From the sequence record MH752840.1: a stretch of DNA of 64,000 nucleotides; one strand, 5' to 3'. Each line of letters begins with the position of its first letter. The first letter of the stretch is position 1. Positions 1 through 11,058 of this stretch are shown here, in pieces. This stretch comes from Escherichia phage vB_EcoM-Pr121LW. A model generated the notes under the pieces. The model saw nothing but the letters and a program-made list of their open reading frames with translations, was not told the DNA's origin and made no database searches. The translations under genes were made by a program, and so were the position numbers.

Positions 1-1
1 T

Positions 2-2128
2 AACGGCGTGTTAGGAAGAAACACTGTAGACTCTGATGTTTACGGTGGCACAGATGATAACCCAGATTGGACAACATCCGGATTAAGTTGGTGGGTTGAG
101 TGGTATATAGCATGGGATGGTAATCGCTATTGGGCTAACGGTAGCATAGCTGATAGTGGTCATACGTCTGTAGAGTTTGGCACAATCCAATTACAAGACA
201 AGGGTGTTACAGGCAACCACAAAGTGACCTATTGTGTAAGATTACCTCAAGAGCAGGGTGGATCGGTGATCCCTGCTGGATCCCCTGTAATTGTGAATCC
301 TATAAACGTGGTTGCAGACAATCAAGCCCCAGAGTTGGATGGGGAAGAAATGTGGTGTGACGCTTGTTATCAACTCTACACCTTGACAGGTGAGGAAAAG
401 TATTACACCGCGTTTAAACAGTCTTACAACAAGTTGCTTAATTTCAGTGATATAAACGCTTACGACAAACTGTTTAGAAAGACCACGTTGATTAAGGCAC
501 CATTTACAGATGGTACTTGTCTTGTTGCAGGAACAGTTCCTGTCACGAGCAGAGACAGTGACGGGTATATCAATTTTAGAATGAACGCACGCCAGCCTTG
601 CGAAATAATTCAAAAAGGTACCACCTACAAAATAGGCAGAGATGCTGAAATTGTCATGAATTTCGGAGGAGAGGGGGTTCTGTTCCAGCCACATTTCATC
701 CTTAATGATGGCAACAATAACAAAAAACAGTACAGGATAGGTGTCCCTTTTGGAGGTGCAGAGGTAACAGAAATAGTTGCCAAGGTTACTGATTTCGTAG
801 AGGTAGTTGGTAAAGACGGTAATCCGTACCTCTTACCTAAAGAGGAAAACATTGCCGTGAGCGGTGGTGCCAGTGTTAGTATGCAGTACGATACTGACAT
901 TTACAACCACTCTGACAACTTCACCCGTTGTAATATAGCAAGAGGCAAAGTAACTTTCAATTTTGGAAGAGAGATTTCTTTAAACTCAGTAACTTATCGA
1001 TCAGATGATGAGATGGTAAGGGTCAAATTTCTTGACAAAGATAGGTGGTTATGGTATGCTGATCTATATGCCACTAATGGACAATGGATAACAGAAACTC
1101 TTACTCTAGGAGATTTCAAACTAGATCCGACACAACCTCATCACACTGAAGAAGAGATTAAACCTTTCTTTGCTAATCCTAAGGGACTCACCTCTGTAGA
1201 TTTCAGCCTAAGCGACAGACAGATAGGTAATGGCTTGTTTGATCTATATTGCGTCAACACACTGCCGCAATTCTATATTGCAGATAGGGATGCTTATCTA
1301 ATCTGGTTTAGCGTATGGATGGCAAGCAAGACAGAATCAACCGCTAAGGTTGGTGATTGCTATGTCAGAAACTACAAGCAAGGTGCATACAGGCACACTC
1401 CTGGTGTGTTCCCTGCCGGAAAGGTGATAGATAAGGAAAATTACCTCTTGGAGGAAAAGCCAAATTGGCCATATCCAGGTATGCAATACCCCGCAGTCTA
1501 CTGTATGGGTGCAGAAAACATAGATCGCTATAGGTTGTCAAATACAATAGGCTTTCTGTATGACGCTCAAGTCTGGTATAATAACACATTTAAGACAGAG
1601 GGTCCAGTCGCCTCACGTTATGTATGGCAGAGAGGTAATGAAGGATTAACTGGTTGGTGGGAGATGGTAGATAACTCTAAGCTCCAGTCAAGATCTTTTG
1701 TTGCTGCGTGCCGCACAATCTATGAGCTCAAGAAACATAAAGAACCTGTTGATGAAAGATTATTCCTGTTCTGCCAGAAATGGGCATGGTTCCTCAACAG
1801 ATTCCAGTCATCTCATTCAGGAAATCTACCTACAGACTTTAACACCTCTGGGGGATATTCTTATCAAGACAGAGGAGACAGGATGTGGGTGGTAGGTGAA
1901 TGGCTTGCAGGCTGCTGCTGGCTAGGTCTGTGCGGGTATTCAGAGACAATACCACAAATAGATATTGTTGTAGAAGCCTGTGTGAAGCTACTGCAAAAGC
2001 ACCACTTCATTAATGGTGATAATGTTTTAAACGGCTGCTGGGCAGTTTCTGATCCGGTGGGCTATCACTCTGGCGAAATCCTTCGCGGTCTGGGACTTTA
2101 TGCTCAATACCGTGGATTGTACCTTTAA
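2..2128 (+). CDS. tail-associated structural protein, 5-prime partial
   Basis: Long ORF open to the window edge (first in-frame start seen is GTG at 8); Trp/Gly-rich; directly upstream of tail-fibre gene; no catalytic motif recognised. Confidence 0.5.
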   Translation, partial: NGVLGRNTVDSDVYGGTDDNPDWTTSGLSWWVEWYIAWDGNRYWANGSIADSGHTSVEFGTIQLQDKGVTGNHKVTYCVRLPQEQGGSVIPAGSPVIVNPINVVADNQAPELDGEEMWCDACYQLYTLTGEEKYYTAFKQSYNKLLNFSDINAYDKLFRKTTLIKAPFTDGTCLVAGTVPVTSRDSDGYINFRMNARQPCEIIQKGTTYKIGRDAEIVMNFGGEGVLFQPHFILNDGNNNKKQYRIGVPFGGAEVTEIVAKVTDFVEVVGKDGNPYLLPKEENIAVSGGASVSMQYDTDIYNHSDNFTRCNIARGKVTFNFGREISLNSVTYRSDDEMVRVKFLDKDRWLWYADLYATNGQWITETLTLGDFKLDPTQPHHTEEEIKPFFANPKGLTSVDFSLSDRQIGNGLFDLYCVNTLPQFYIADRDAYLIWFSVWMASKTESTAKVGDCYVRNYKQGAYRHTPGVFPAGKVIDKENYLLEEKPNWPYPGMQYPAVYCMGAENIDRYRLSNTIGFLYDAQVWYNNTFKTEGPVASRYVWQRGNEGLTGWWEMVDNSKLQSRSFVAACRTIYELKKHKEPVDERLFLFCQKWAWFLNRFQSSHSGNLPTDFNTSGGYSYQDRGDRMWVVGEWLAGCCWLGLCGYSETIPQIDIVVEACVKLLQKHHFINGDNVLNGCWAVSDPVGYHSGEILRGLGLYAQYRGLYL

Positions 2129-2163
2129 CATAGGGGGCTGTTTGCCCCCTTTCAGGAGAAAGA

Positions 2164-5100
2164 ATGGCTGATATTAAAGTTGTCAGAATTGAATCTCTTC
2201 CTGCCACTACCGCAGTGACAGAGGATGATTACCTGGTTGTTCAACAACCAGACCTGACCCGTCGTGTAAAAATTGGCGATGTTGTCCATGTGGATGGGAC
2301 TGTTTCTCATGTAATCTCCTTTAAGGAAGGTGGTAAGTTAAACGGCCCAATGGATTTTGCCTACTTCGAAGAGGAAGACCTCTACCTGCGTTGGAAAGGC
2401 GAATTTCCACACACCGTTCCTGCATTGTCTTCACCGTACTCAGATGGTGGGATTACTGACGCTGCATGGATGGTATATACTGATCCGTCCTTAAGGGAGG
2501 AGCTGGAATCTACCATTGGCGCATCCATGATTATGACAGCTGAAGGTCAGTCTGTCCAGGATGTAATGGATGTTACAGTTAAGACCGCCAACGATGCTAA
2601 AGCACTTGCACAGCGGGTAGATTTTGGTACCGTGCACACTGTAGGCGATGTTATTCACCTTGTCAATTTTGTTGGCCCTGCAGTTATTGAAGAGGGAAGA
2701 ACTACTAACTACCCTTCTGTAGCAGCTGGTGAAAAATTCCTGAACGGTGTGGTATCTCGTCGTGATACTACAACTGTTGATGGTATTTTCCGTGGCGCTA
2801 CCTCCGGAGCTATGTATACCATTGCAGTAACCAACGGTGTAGCAACAACAAAAAGAATAGCACTTCGTGATGAATTTAAACGCCTAGAGGCAAACAACCC
2901 AACAAGAACCATTATTCGTGCTGGCGATGATGTAAACACAGCCGGGTACTTGCAGCTTGATGCAACAGGTCGTTGGGGCATGTGGAACCAACAGACATCT
3001 TCATGGCAACCTCTTGCTGTAGAGCAAGGTGGTACAGGTGCCAGAGATGCCGCAGGTGCACGTATTAATTTAGGAACTTTTTATAAACAACGTGCAGCCC
3101 TTGAGGCAAATTTCAATATCAATAATTTGACGGGTAATCAGGATGGTGTATACTACCAGCCGATGACTGCTAATGCAACTGAGGAAAATGGCTACCCTGC
3201 AGGTTCTGGTGCTGGTCACTTAATTGTTTGGCAGAACAATGCTAACGGCGGTGCAGGTTGTCGTCAGGAATACTATCCATTCTCTAACGTAGATGTTTGG
3301 TATTTGAGAACCTATCAGGCCAACACAAATCAGTGGACTGCATGGCAGCCTATGGTCAGACCTCGTAACGATGACACCTTCAGATCTCATATCGGCCTTG
3401 GTAAAAACAACTCACCAGCATTCGGGCACCTTTACTTAGCTCAATACTCTGGAGATGTTAAATCGGCCTCAGGTATTGTACACGGTGACAAGTATAATCG
3501 AGAAGGTACTCTTGAGCATGGATATCGTATCTACTCTGAAGTAAGAAACGATAATAAAGCTTGGTTAACAATACACCTCCATAAGGGAGCTACTGGTGCA
3601 GAAACACATAGATACCTCGGATTCAGAGAGGATGGTGTTTTAGATTGTCCTAAATATATGCAGGTTGGCGATCTAAATGGTCAGCTGGCAAACTGGGGAC
3701 TGGCAGAGTGGATCCGTAGTTCAGGCGCTGAAAGAGGTTTCTGGGGTTCCAAGAAAGCAGCCAAAATGGTTATCTGGGACGGAGGCATGGATGAGTCTGG
3801 TAACGGCACTCTGGAATGGGGTGTTTATAACAACCGGAAGGCCAAGTGGGAACCTTTACCTCAAGCCGCAGGTGGTACTGGAGCTACAACTCTGGCAGAA
3901 GCTCAAAACCTGTTTAGAATACCTATGGCAGCAGGTGTAAAAGATTTCTTAACACTGCCAAGAACAGCAGCCATGGTGGATGGTAAATATTACCCTGTTA
4001 TTGTAAGAACAGATCCGTACTATGCACCAGCTGTTGGTACAGATATTACAATAGTTACAAGATCCTCTTCTGGCAACGATCCTATGAACTGCGCAACACT
4101 CCAGTGTCATTACAGAACTGGTGGTTGGACAGACCGTGGAGACTCTTTTACTGGTGTTATAAACTTCTACCAGAACGAAAGAGCAATACTTGGTTGTGTT
4201 GCTCCTACTCGCGGAAAACAAGAGTATGTTGCTTTTTATGTAGAGGCCAGAGCTTTCCCAGTAAGCGTATATACAAGCCGAAACGTGCTTGAGGTATTTA
4301 CCAGGGAAAATGACTGGCAGGTAGGGAATGTAACTGACAATCAGGACGGTGTTAAGTTTTGTGCTCCGTTAGAGTCAGCAGACTTAAATCTTGCGATAAA
4401 GGGTGATAATGTAACTAACACCAGATCTCTTGCGGAGTTTAAAGGAACATCAGGTTTTTACACAGGCGGTGGTACTCAGTGGCACTACATCGGCACACCT
4501 GAACGCTATGCGGTCATGAGTAAAATGACCATGCCTAAAGTTGAGCTGTGGGCAGATGGTATCGACTACCTATGCCCTGGTAGCCAGACCACAAGGAAAG
4601 CACTGTTCTCTAATGCTGGATTCCAGGCAGCATCTGAAGGTACAGAGGACTTAATTAACAACACATTTACTTCCAAATGCGGCAAGGGTGCAGGTCTGAA
4701 AGGCCAGTCAGAGTTCAGGTCTACCCCAGAGGCTGGACAGGTAATTGTCAGAGATGTTGTTGGTTCTGCACATAAATTCTTTAACTTCAACAAAGACGGC
4801 ACATTCTACCCTCCTGGAGGTTATGTTTGCCAGACAGGTGCGGATTGGAACAATCAGTTTGGTAACACGAACCCGTCAAAAATAATGGCTGGTAATGTTA
4901 ACGGACCTGAAGGTTCCATGGTTGTAGCAGGGTTGTCGGTCGGTTTTTCTGGAAATTATGCATTCCAGATGGCTGGTCGTCTTGATCAGTTATACACTAG
5001 GTCTATTGAGGGTGGCAATCACAGAGCGTGGAACAAGGTAATCCAACACCGTGGTCAGGGCCTAGGGACAAACGATCTTAATGACTACAAGGGCGATAGA

Positions 5101-5970
5101 GAGGGTTTTTATCATCAAGAGGCCAACTCTCAAGCCACACCTGAGAGAAACTACCCATGCGGACAGGCAGGTACTCTCCTTATCTATAGAAACTATGCTA
5201 ACGTTCCAGAGAGTTGCGTACAGGAATATACAACATATCTTGGAGAAAAATTCCTGCGTTATGGAACAACGATAGGTGGTGTTTTCACATGGGGCCATTG
5301 GCAGCAGCTTGGTGGTAAGGGTATCACTTTAAAAACTCAAGGGTCCAATCTTGAACCTGAGTTCACAATACACACAGGTGGCGGTACTGATGTTACCAAC
5401 ACTTCAAACATGCCTTCTAATACAGGCAGGTTGTACTATTGGGGTAATGGCGCGGATAGGAAGAATGTGCTGGAGTTCCAGATAAGTGATGACTCAACAG
5501 CCGCCAGCTGGGTATTCCACTGTGGAGCTAAGACAGATGAGGCTAAATCAAGATATTTTGCTGTCAACGGCACGGTAGAATGTACCACTGTTAGCCAAAG
5601 TTCCGATAGAGACCTGAAGGATAATATAGAGGTCATACCTAACGCTCTGGAAGCAATTAGAAAGATGAAAGGCTATACCTACACCTTGAAAGAGAATGGT
5701 ATGCCTTATGCAGGCGTGATTGCTCAAGAGGTTATGGAAGCATTGCCAGAGGCAGTAGGATCTTTCGTGAAAAGGAAGGAAATAGAAGGTCCTACTCAAG
5801 ACGGTACTCCTCTGATGACCGAGGAAAGGTTCTATAACGTTGACTACGCAGCCGTAACAGGCTTGCTTGTCCAGGTTTGCAGGGAGCAGGATGATAAAAT
5901 AACTGCCCTTGAGGAGCAGGTTAAAAAATTAACGGAGGTTGTTACTGGGTTGCAAGAGAAACTGAAGTAA
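2164..5970 (+). CDS. long tail fibre protein with C-terminal intramolecular chaperone (peptidase S74-like) domain
   Basis: 1268-aa ORF with RBS aggagaaaga-ATG; C-terminus SDRDLKDNIEV...GYTYTLKENG...coiled coil matches the self-cleaving chaperone domain of L-shaped/endosialidase-type fibres; terminator follows. Confidence 0.75.
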   Translation: MADIKVVRIESLPATTAVTEDDYLVVQQPDLTRRVKIGDVVHVDGTVSHVISFKEGGKLNGPMDFAYFEEEDLYLRWKGEFPHTVPALSSPYSDGGITDAAWMVYTDPSLREELESTIGASMIMTAEGQSVQDVMDVTVKTANDAKALAQRVDFGTVHTVGDVIHLVNFVGPAVIEEGRTTNYPSVAAGEKFLNGVVSRRDTTTVDGIFRGATSGAMYTIAVTNGVATTKRIALRDEFKRLEANNPTRTIIRAGDDVNTAGYLQLDATGRWGMWNQQTSSWQPLAVEQGGTGARDAAGARINLGTFYKQRAALEANFNINNLTGNQDGVYYQPMTANATEENGYPAGSGAGHLIVWQNNANGGAGCRQEYYPFSNVDVWYLRTYQANTNQWTAWQPMVRPRNDDTFRSHIGLGKNNSPAFGHLYLAQYSGDVKSASGIVHGDKYNREGTLEHGYRIYSEVRNDNKAWLTIHLHKGATGAETHRYLGFREDGVLDCPKYMQVGDLNGQLANWGLAEWIRSSGAERGFWGSKKAAKMVIWDGGMDESGNGTLEWGVYNNRKAKWEPLPQAAGGTGATTLAEAQNLFRIPMAAGVKDFLTLPRTAAMVDGKYYPVIVRTDPYYAPAVGTDITIVTRSSSGNDPMNCATLQCHYRTGGWTDRGDSFTGVINFYQNERAILGCVAPTRGKQEYVAFYVEARAFPVSVYTSRNVLEVFTRENDWQVGNVTDNQDGVKFCAPLESADLNLAIKGDNVTNTRSLAEFKGTSGFYTGGGTQWHYIGTPERYAVMSKMTMPKVELWADGIDYLCPGSQTTRKALFSNAGFQAASEGTEDLINNTFTSKCGKGAGLKGQSEFRSTPEAGQVIVRDVVGSAHKFFNFNKDGTFYPPGGYVCQTGADWNNQFGNTNPSKIMAGNVNGPEGSMVVAGLSVGFSGNYAFQMAGRLDQLYTRSIEGGNHRAWNKVIQHRGQGLGTNDLNDYKGDREGFYHQEANSQATPERNYPCGQAGTLLIYRNYANVPESCVQEYTTYLGEKFLRYGTTIGGVFTWGHWQQLGGKGITLKTQGSNLEPEFTIHTGGGTDVTNTSNMPSNTGRLYYWGNGADRKNVLEFQISDDSTAASWVFHCGAKTDEAKSRYFAVNGTVECTTVSQSSDRDLKDNIEVIPNALEAIRKMKGYTYTLKENGMPYAGVIAQEVMEALPEAVGSFVKRKEIEGPTQDGTPLMTEERFYNVDYAAVTGLLVQVCREQDDKITALEEQVKKLTEVVTGLQEKLK

Positions 5971-5977
5971 CTGTTTT

Positions 5978-6004
5978 GCCCTCGCTTCGGCGGGGGCTTT
6001 TTTG
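5978..6004 (+). terminator. rho-independent terminator
   Basis: gccctcgcttcggcgggggc hairpin followed by tttttt. Confidence 0.7.
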
Positions 6005-6010
6005 TTTGTA

Positions 6011-6039
6011 TTGCGTATTAACTCAAAATCTGGTAAAAT
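6011..6039 (+). promoter_or_regulatory. sigma70-type promoter (TTGCGT-17-TAAAAT, TG-extended)
   Basis: -35/-10 hexamers with 17-nt spacer; shares caaaatNtggtaaaata with promoter at 11409. Confidence 0.5.
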
Positions 6040-6070
6040 AACTATCATGATTGTTTAACCTGGAGGCACA

Positions 6071-6661
6071 ATGTTTTTATGGGAAAGGCCTAGATACCTT
6101 CCAGATATTAGATTGGAGCTGCTGGCAGATATTGTTACGTTTAAAAGTCCGTTTACAGGTAAAACGCAAAAAGTAACCTATGCCACACCTAACTGGAAAG
6201 GCACTTTGACGGTTTCCAATATCAGCGAGTCACAGTTGCTAGAGCTTAAGAGCTTTGTTGATCAGGTGTATAAAGATGGGAACATATTTCTCATTAAAAC
6301 TTACGGTCACTCAGTAACAGCTAATGAGCCAATCGCCCTTGGGCCTACTGGTAACGACGATTTTTTGAAGACGGTTGGGTGGGAGCCAAACAGAGACATA
6401 GCTAGAGCTGGGGATAAAATATCTGTCAATGATGAATTGAAAGTGGTAACAGCTCCAGTACGCAGCGATGGTGTTGGGTCTGCTGTTATAAGCATATCTC
6501 CAAGACTTAGAAAACCTATTGCCGCAGGGGATACTATGAAGATAATAACTCAATCCCCAAAGGGTAGGTTTCATATCAGAGATATTTATAAAATTAAGCA
6601 AAAAGTCGATGCTATGCAAAAAGGTGATAATATAGTTATCAACTTCTTTGAGGATTTCTAA
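6071..6661 (+). CDS. minor tail protein (tail-tip complex)
   Basis: ORF after terminator and promoter, RBS ggaggcacaATG; position upstream of K-like and J-like genes. Confidence 0.5.
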   Translation: MFLWERPRYLPDIRLELLADIVTFKSPFTGKTQKVTYATPNWKGTLTVSNISESQLLELKSFVDQVYKDGNIFLIKTYGHSVTANEPIALGPTGNDDFLKTVGWEPNRDIARAGDKISVNDELKVVTAPVRSDGVGSAVISISPRLRKPIAAGDTMKIITQSPKGRFHIRDIYKIKQKVDAMQKGDNIVINFFEDF

Positions 6662-6662
6662 G

Positions 6663-7214
6663 ATGATTAGAGCGCCATTAGATAATTTATTTCTTGAGAA
6701 GCTGGAGCTTGATGGTGTTGAGATCTTAATTGCTGCAAAGCTAGAGCTACCGACAGGGACTGTCAGGGTGTGCTCAGGCACTGGTGTTGTAGTAATTGAG
6801 GGTCAACATTTTATAGGGATAGGTGGATCAGCAACATTAACTGCTGTGTCTGAGAAAGATGCCACCAACTTCGGATCTGTGGTAGCAACATTGAACGGGT
6901 TTGATCCTAAGTATGTTGGTGATCTACTGAAGACGGAGTATTCTGGTTGTCGTGCCACGTTGTACATTACCGCTATGGAGAATGGTCTGCCTGTTACAAC
7001 TAATGGTTTGTTTGACGGCCTTATAACAGATATGGCTATTCAGACAGGTGAGAACAGTGCTTTGTCCATATCCATCTCTTCCATCTTCAACAGTTGGTTA
7101 AGAGGTTTTCCTTATCGGTACACGGAGGAAAGCCACAGCTCAAGAAACGATAATGACAGATTTTTTAAATATGTGGATCAGGTGGCGAGCCGCCCGATCA
7201 TTTGGGAGGTTTAA
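6663..7214 (+). CDS. minor tail protein (tail-tip complex)
   Basis: ATG at 6663 with RBS gagga, coupled to upstream stop; synteny with lambda-type tip genes. Confidence 0.5.
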   Translation: MIRAPLDNLFLEKLELDGVEILIAAKLELPTGTVRVCSGTGVVVIEGQHFIGIGGSATLTAVSEKDATNFGSVVATLNGFDPKYVGDLLKTEYSGCRATLYITAMENGLPVTTNGLFDGLITDMAIQTGENSALSISISSIFNSWLRGFPYRYTEESHSSRNDNDRFFKYVDQVASRPIIWEV

Positions 7215-7639
7215 TGAGCACACATCCTCGTTTAGTAGATTGGCAAGAAAGATTGTGGAAAGTGTTTGACGAAGAGGCCACCATACCTTTTGAATGGGGA
7301 TTCCACGATTGTTGCACCTTTGCAGCCAAGTGTGTTGATGCCCAGTACGGAACAGATTTTCTTTCTAACTTCGAAGGAACGTATAAAACAGAGTTGGAAA
7401 GCAAAAGATGGTGCATGCTCCGTTTCAAAACCACACACCTGCCTACTATTTTTGATCTCTTTATGACTCGGCTGGATACTCATAAACAGGTTCAGCGTGG
7501 AGATATTGTCATTTTCGAAGGTCTGAACGGGCTCACCGCTGGTGTGTTCTGGAACAACCAGATTTGGGCGAAAGGTGATAAAGGGGTCTTTATGTTCGAC
7601 ATGAAAGATTCTATCGTTGTTGATGTCTGGAGGTATTAA
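7214..7639 (+). CDS. tail assembly protein, NlpC/P60-like (lambda K-like)
   Basis: ATG overlaps upstream stop (TAATG); FHDCCTF cysteine motif resembles NlpC/P60 active site; immediately upstream of J-like gene. Confidence 0.5.
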   Translation: MSTHPRLVDWQERLWKVFDEEATIPFEWGFHDCCTFAAKCVDAQYGTDFLSNFEGTYKTELESKRWCMLRFKTTHLPTIFDLFMTRLDTHKQVQRGDIVIFEGLNGLTAGVFWNNQIWAKGDKGVFMFDMKDSIVVDVWRY

Positions 7640-10600
7640 TGCCAATTGCAATGATTGATAACATCGTTGCTTCTGCAAGATCTTCAAGTTATGACTGGAA
7701 CGCATCCAAGGCAGCTCTGGCTGACAGCCTGAACACTGTTACCACCAGAACTCTGGATAAGATTTTTGAGGGCAACAAATCTTACAGAAGTCAGCAAGAT
7801 AGACAAAAGCTTCTCAGATCTTCTGCTGCACCCTGCTCTGTAGTGTATGGGAAGACACGCACGTCTGGGCTGCTTGCGTTTTTGGAGCAGGACAGAGACA
7901 GAACCCTCCATTGTGCCATTGTTCTTGCTAATCATCCTCTGGAAGGTATAGAAGACATACTCATCGACGGTAATCCTATTTCCTCGTATGGAGATCTGGT
8001 ATCGTGGGAGCTACATAACGACAGAAAAACATCTGATCCTTTCATGGGTACACACTGCCCATCGTGGTCACCAGATATGATAGGCAGAGGTATCAGTTGG
8101 CTGCGTGCCAGCTTCAAGTTTGACCCCAGTAAGTTTCCTTTTGGGTTGCCAAACGTTACACTGGTCAAGGTTGGTAAAAAATGCTATGACCCCCGCATCA
8201 GTAAAGAGGTGTATACCAATAACGCGGCCTTGGTGATCCTGGACTATTTAAGAACGTACCTTAAATGTCCTGACGAAACCATCAACTGGGAGTCCTTTAG
8301 GGAGGCTGCCAATATATGCGACGAGGCGGTAAAAAACGCTGACGGAACCAGTGAGCGACGTTACACCATTAACGGTGAGTTTGACATGGATGAGGCCCCA
8401 GCAAGTATTATGGCAGAAATGCTGAAAGCTTGCGGTGCAGACCTTAGTTATGTTGCTGGTAAGTATGGTTTGCTGGTTGGTGCATACTATGGCCCAGCAA
8501 CAATGACACTGAGTGAGGATTGTGTCTGTGGTGAGGTCAAGATCTATCCGGAAGCCTCCTTTGACAAGAGATCCAACACAATAACTGGCAGATTCACTAG
8601 TCCGACCAAAGGGTATTCTGAAACAGATTTTCCATCAGTGTTTGTCCCAGAGTGGATAGAGAAGGATGGAGAAAGAAAGATAATTGATATAGACTATCGC
8701 TTTGTTACCAGTCCTTATCAAGCTCAGCGTGTTTCTGCAATCTTCTTAAGACGTGCTAGAGCTGGCAGGATTATTGAAGTCACCTGCAATATGCGAGGTT
8801 TTAAATTTAAACCTGGCCGTTACGTTACAATGGACCTTCCAAGTATTGGTATAGTAGGCCAAGAAATGAGGGTTCTTGAATGGGAGTTCACCAAAAAGGG
8901 CGGTGTCAAGGTAAAACTTCGTCAAGATGCTAAAGAGTGGAATGATGCCACAGGGCAACTTCCGGATTCTGGTGATGTAGATATTCCGATATCTCCATCT
9001 GGTGTAGCTCAACCGCAAAACTTCAGATATTCCGTTCTCCAAGCCGGGGAAGTAACTCACGGTGTTTTGGCTTGGGACAACGTTGGAACTTACGCTCAAA
9101 ATATTGTGCAGGTAAGAAAGAACGGAGAGATTGTTTGGACAGCACAGACAGTTGAGCAGTTTGTCCGAGTAGAAGGCTTGACCAAAGGATCATACACAGC
9201 AACCGTGGTTGCAACATCTTATAAAGGTGGTGTATCTCCAGAAGCGTACTGCGAGTTCAACATTCAGGCACCTGAAGCTCCTGTTTCTGTGGAGGTTAAG
9301 CAGGGATACTTTGCTATTACCCTGATCCCGCACAGCAGAGACTTGGCTAGTGTAAGCACCCAGTACGACTTTTGGACATCTGGGATGACAAGATTGCCAG
9401 ATACCAGTGATGTAACAGTTACTTCAAAAGCCACTCGTATGGGTGTTGGTTCAACTTGGACATCTGAAGGTCTGCAGAACGATAAGATTTATTACTGGTA
9501 TATCAGGACAACAAATGCTTTTGGTTCATCTGCTTTTGTGGAGTGTGCAGCCCACTGTTACACATCCATAGAAGATCTTATGCCACAGATTGATGCTGAG
9601 TTCAAAAAGACAGAGACTTATAAAGAGCTTACCGCCAATCTTGATAATGCAGTCAAGGAAATGGATAAAAATGTTGGTGCAGTCAATGACCGTGTTACTA
9701 GCATTTTTGAAGAGCTTGGGGATACAATAGAGGGTGTTGTCAGAGAGACGACAGAAAAATTTACAGGGGTTAATGGAGAAATTTCTGCCCTTAACAGTAA
9801 GCTGGTAGCAGCTCAGCAATCCTTTGACGATAAACTTGCAGCAGAGTCTGGTAGGCTTGGGTCACTAATCGAGACAACAAATAGATCAACCGTTGATCTT
9901 GTTAATCGTAAAACTCAAGCATTGAGTGAGCAAATAACTGCAACTCAAGGTGCTCTGCGGGAAGAGTTGAAGAACACTGAGAGCAAACTTAACTCCTCTA
10001 TTCAAGAAACCAACAAGGCAACAACCGATCTGCTAAATAAGACAACGGAAGCTATTAAGCAGGATCTGGTGGCAGCTACAGGGAAGATCACCAAGCTGGA
10101 AGATGATGTGCAGAAAGAGGTTGCCAATCTGCAAGCATCTATTCAAGAAACTAATAGTACAACAGTTGATCTTGTTAATAATACAGCCACAGCGATCCGT
10201 CAAGAACTTACCTCTGCAAAACAAGAAATTGTTGACGAAATGGGTAATATTGATGAGCTCAGGGCTACAGTATCTAATACCTCTAAAGCTGTAACAACAC
10301 TTGAGGGTAAAATAGATGCTCAGTGGGGAGCTAAGATTCAGGTTGACAGCCATGGTAATAAATATGTGGCAGGTATCCAGCTGGGCATGGAGGGGTCTGG
10401 AGGACAAGTTCAATCATACTTCATGGTTAGTGCAAACAACTTTGCGGTATACAACCCCGGAAATGGAACAGCAACCCTTGCTTTCGCAATCAAGAACAAC
10501 CAAGCGTTCTTGAAAGACGCTTTTATAGAGAATGGCACGATCTCCTCTGCCAAGATCGCACAAGAAATTTCGTCAAACAACTACGATGGCAACGGGTACC

Positions 10601-11058
10601 ATAAATACGGTTGGTATATTAACAAGAACGGGCATGCCCAATTTATGGATGTGTGGGTGAAAGGCAACATCAACGCCAGTTCTGGTAACTTCACAGGGGC
10701 AGTTAATGCCACCAGTGGTACCTTCCGTGGAGATGTTTATGCCAATAATGGTAGCTTTAGAGGCACCATAGATGCAACCGGAGGTACATTCCGTGGTCGT
10801 GTAGAAGCTTCTGTTATCCGTGCTAACCAGTTCGAAGGTGCAATTGTTGCACACAGGACTTACGGAGATTGTGCTCCAGTGCATAACTCCCAGCAGAGGG
10901 TTTGCCGTTGGAGGTGGAGATACGTAGATAACGTTTCAGGTCAAGGTAAGAACGTAACATTCTTCTTTAAACTGAACGGTACTCGTGCCAACTCCCAACT
11001 AAATGCGTGGATAGCTGGTCATCAACTCCTTGCTGGCAAGAAGTACGGGAACGGATAA
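7639..11058 (+). CDS. tail-tip host-specificity protein (lambda J-like), truncated by stop at the junction of a 127-bp tandem duplication
   Basis: 1139 codons; motifs QGYFAITLIPH, QYDFWTS, YYWYIRTTNAFGSSAFVE, KYVAGIQLGMEG recalled as lambda J-like; stop TAA 11056-11058 sits exactly at repeat junction. Confidence 0.65.
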   Translation: MPIAMIDNIVASARSSSYDWNASKAALADSLNTVTTRTLDKIFEGNKSYRSQQDRQKLLRSSAAPCSVVYGKTRTSGLLAFLEQDRDRTLHCAIVLANHPLEGIEDILIDGNPISSYGDLVSWELHNDRKTSDPFMGTHCPSWSPDMIGRGISWLRASFKFDPSKFPFGLPNVTLVKVGKKCYDPRISKEVYTNNAALVILDYLRTYLKCPDETINWESFREAANICDEAVKNADGTSERRYTINGEFDMDEAPASIMAEMLKACGADLSYVAGKYGLLVGAYYGPATMTLSEDCVCGEVKIYPEASFDKRSNTITGRFTSPTKGYSETDFPSVFVPEWIEKDGERKIIDIDYRFVTSPYQAQRVSAIFLRRARAGRIIEVTCNMRGFKFKPGRYVTMDLPSIGIVGQEMRVLEWEFTKKGGVKVKLRQDAKEWNDATGQLPDSGDVDIPISPSGVAQPQNFRYSVLQAGEVTHGVLAWDNVGTYAQNIVQVRKNGEIVWTAQTVEQFVRVEGLTKGSYTATVVATSYKGGVSPEAYCEFNIQAPEAPVSVEVKQGYFAITLIPHSRDLASVSTQYDFWTSGMTRLPDTSDVTVTSKATRMGVGSTWTSEGLQNDKIYYWYIRTTNAFGSSAFVECAAHCYTSIEDLMPQIDAEFKKTETYKELTANLDNAVKEMDKNVGAVNDRVTSIFEELGDTIEGVVRETTEKFTGVNGEISALNSKLVAAQQSFDDKLAAESGRLGSLIETTNRSTVDLVNRKTQALSEQITATQGALREELKNTESKLNSSIQETNKATTDLLNKTTEAIKQDLVAATGKITKLEDDVQKEVANLQASIQETNSTTVDLVNNTATAIRQELTSAKQEIVDEMGNIDELRATVSNTSKAVTTLEGKIDAQWGAKIQVDSHGNKYVAGIQLGMEGSGGQVQSYFMVSANNFAVYNPGNGTATLAFAIKNNQAFLKDAFIENGTISSAKIAQEISSNNYDGNGYHKYGWYINKNGHAQFMDVWVKGNINASSGNFTGAVNATSGTFRGDVYANNGSFRGTIDATGGTFRGRVEASVIRANQFEGAIVAHRTYGDCAPVHNSQQRVCRWRWRYVDNVSGQGKNVTFFFKLNGTRANSQLNAWIAGHQLLAGKKYGNG

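Noticed and set aside
242-900. Antisense ORFs inside long genes (for example 242-694 minus, 625-900 minus, 21059-21580 minus, 31203-31769 plus, 36150-36491 minus)
   Set aside because: They lie wholly within longer, motif-bearing ORFs on the opposite strand and lack RBS support; treated as frame noise.
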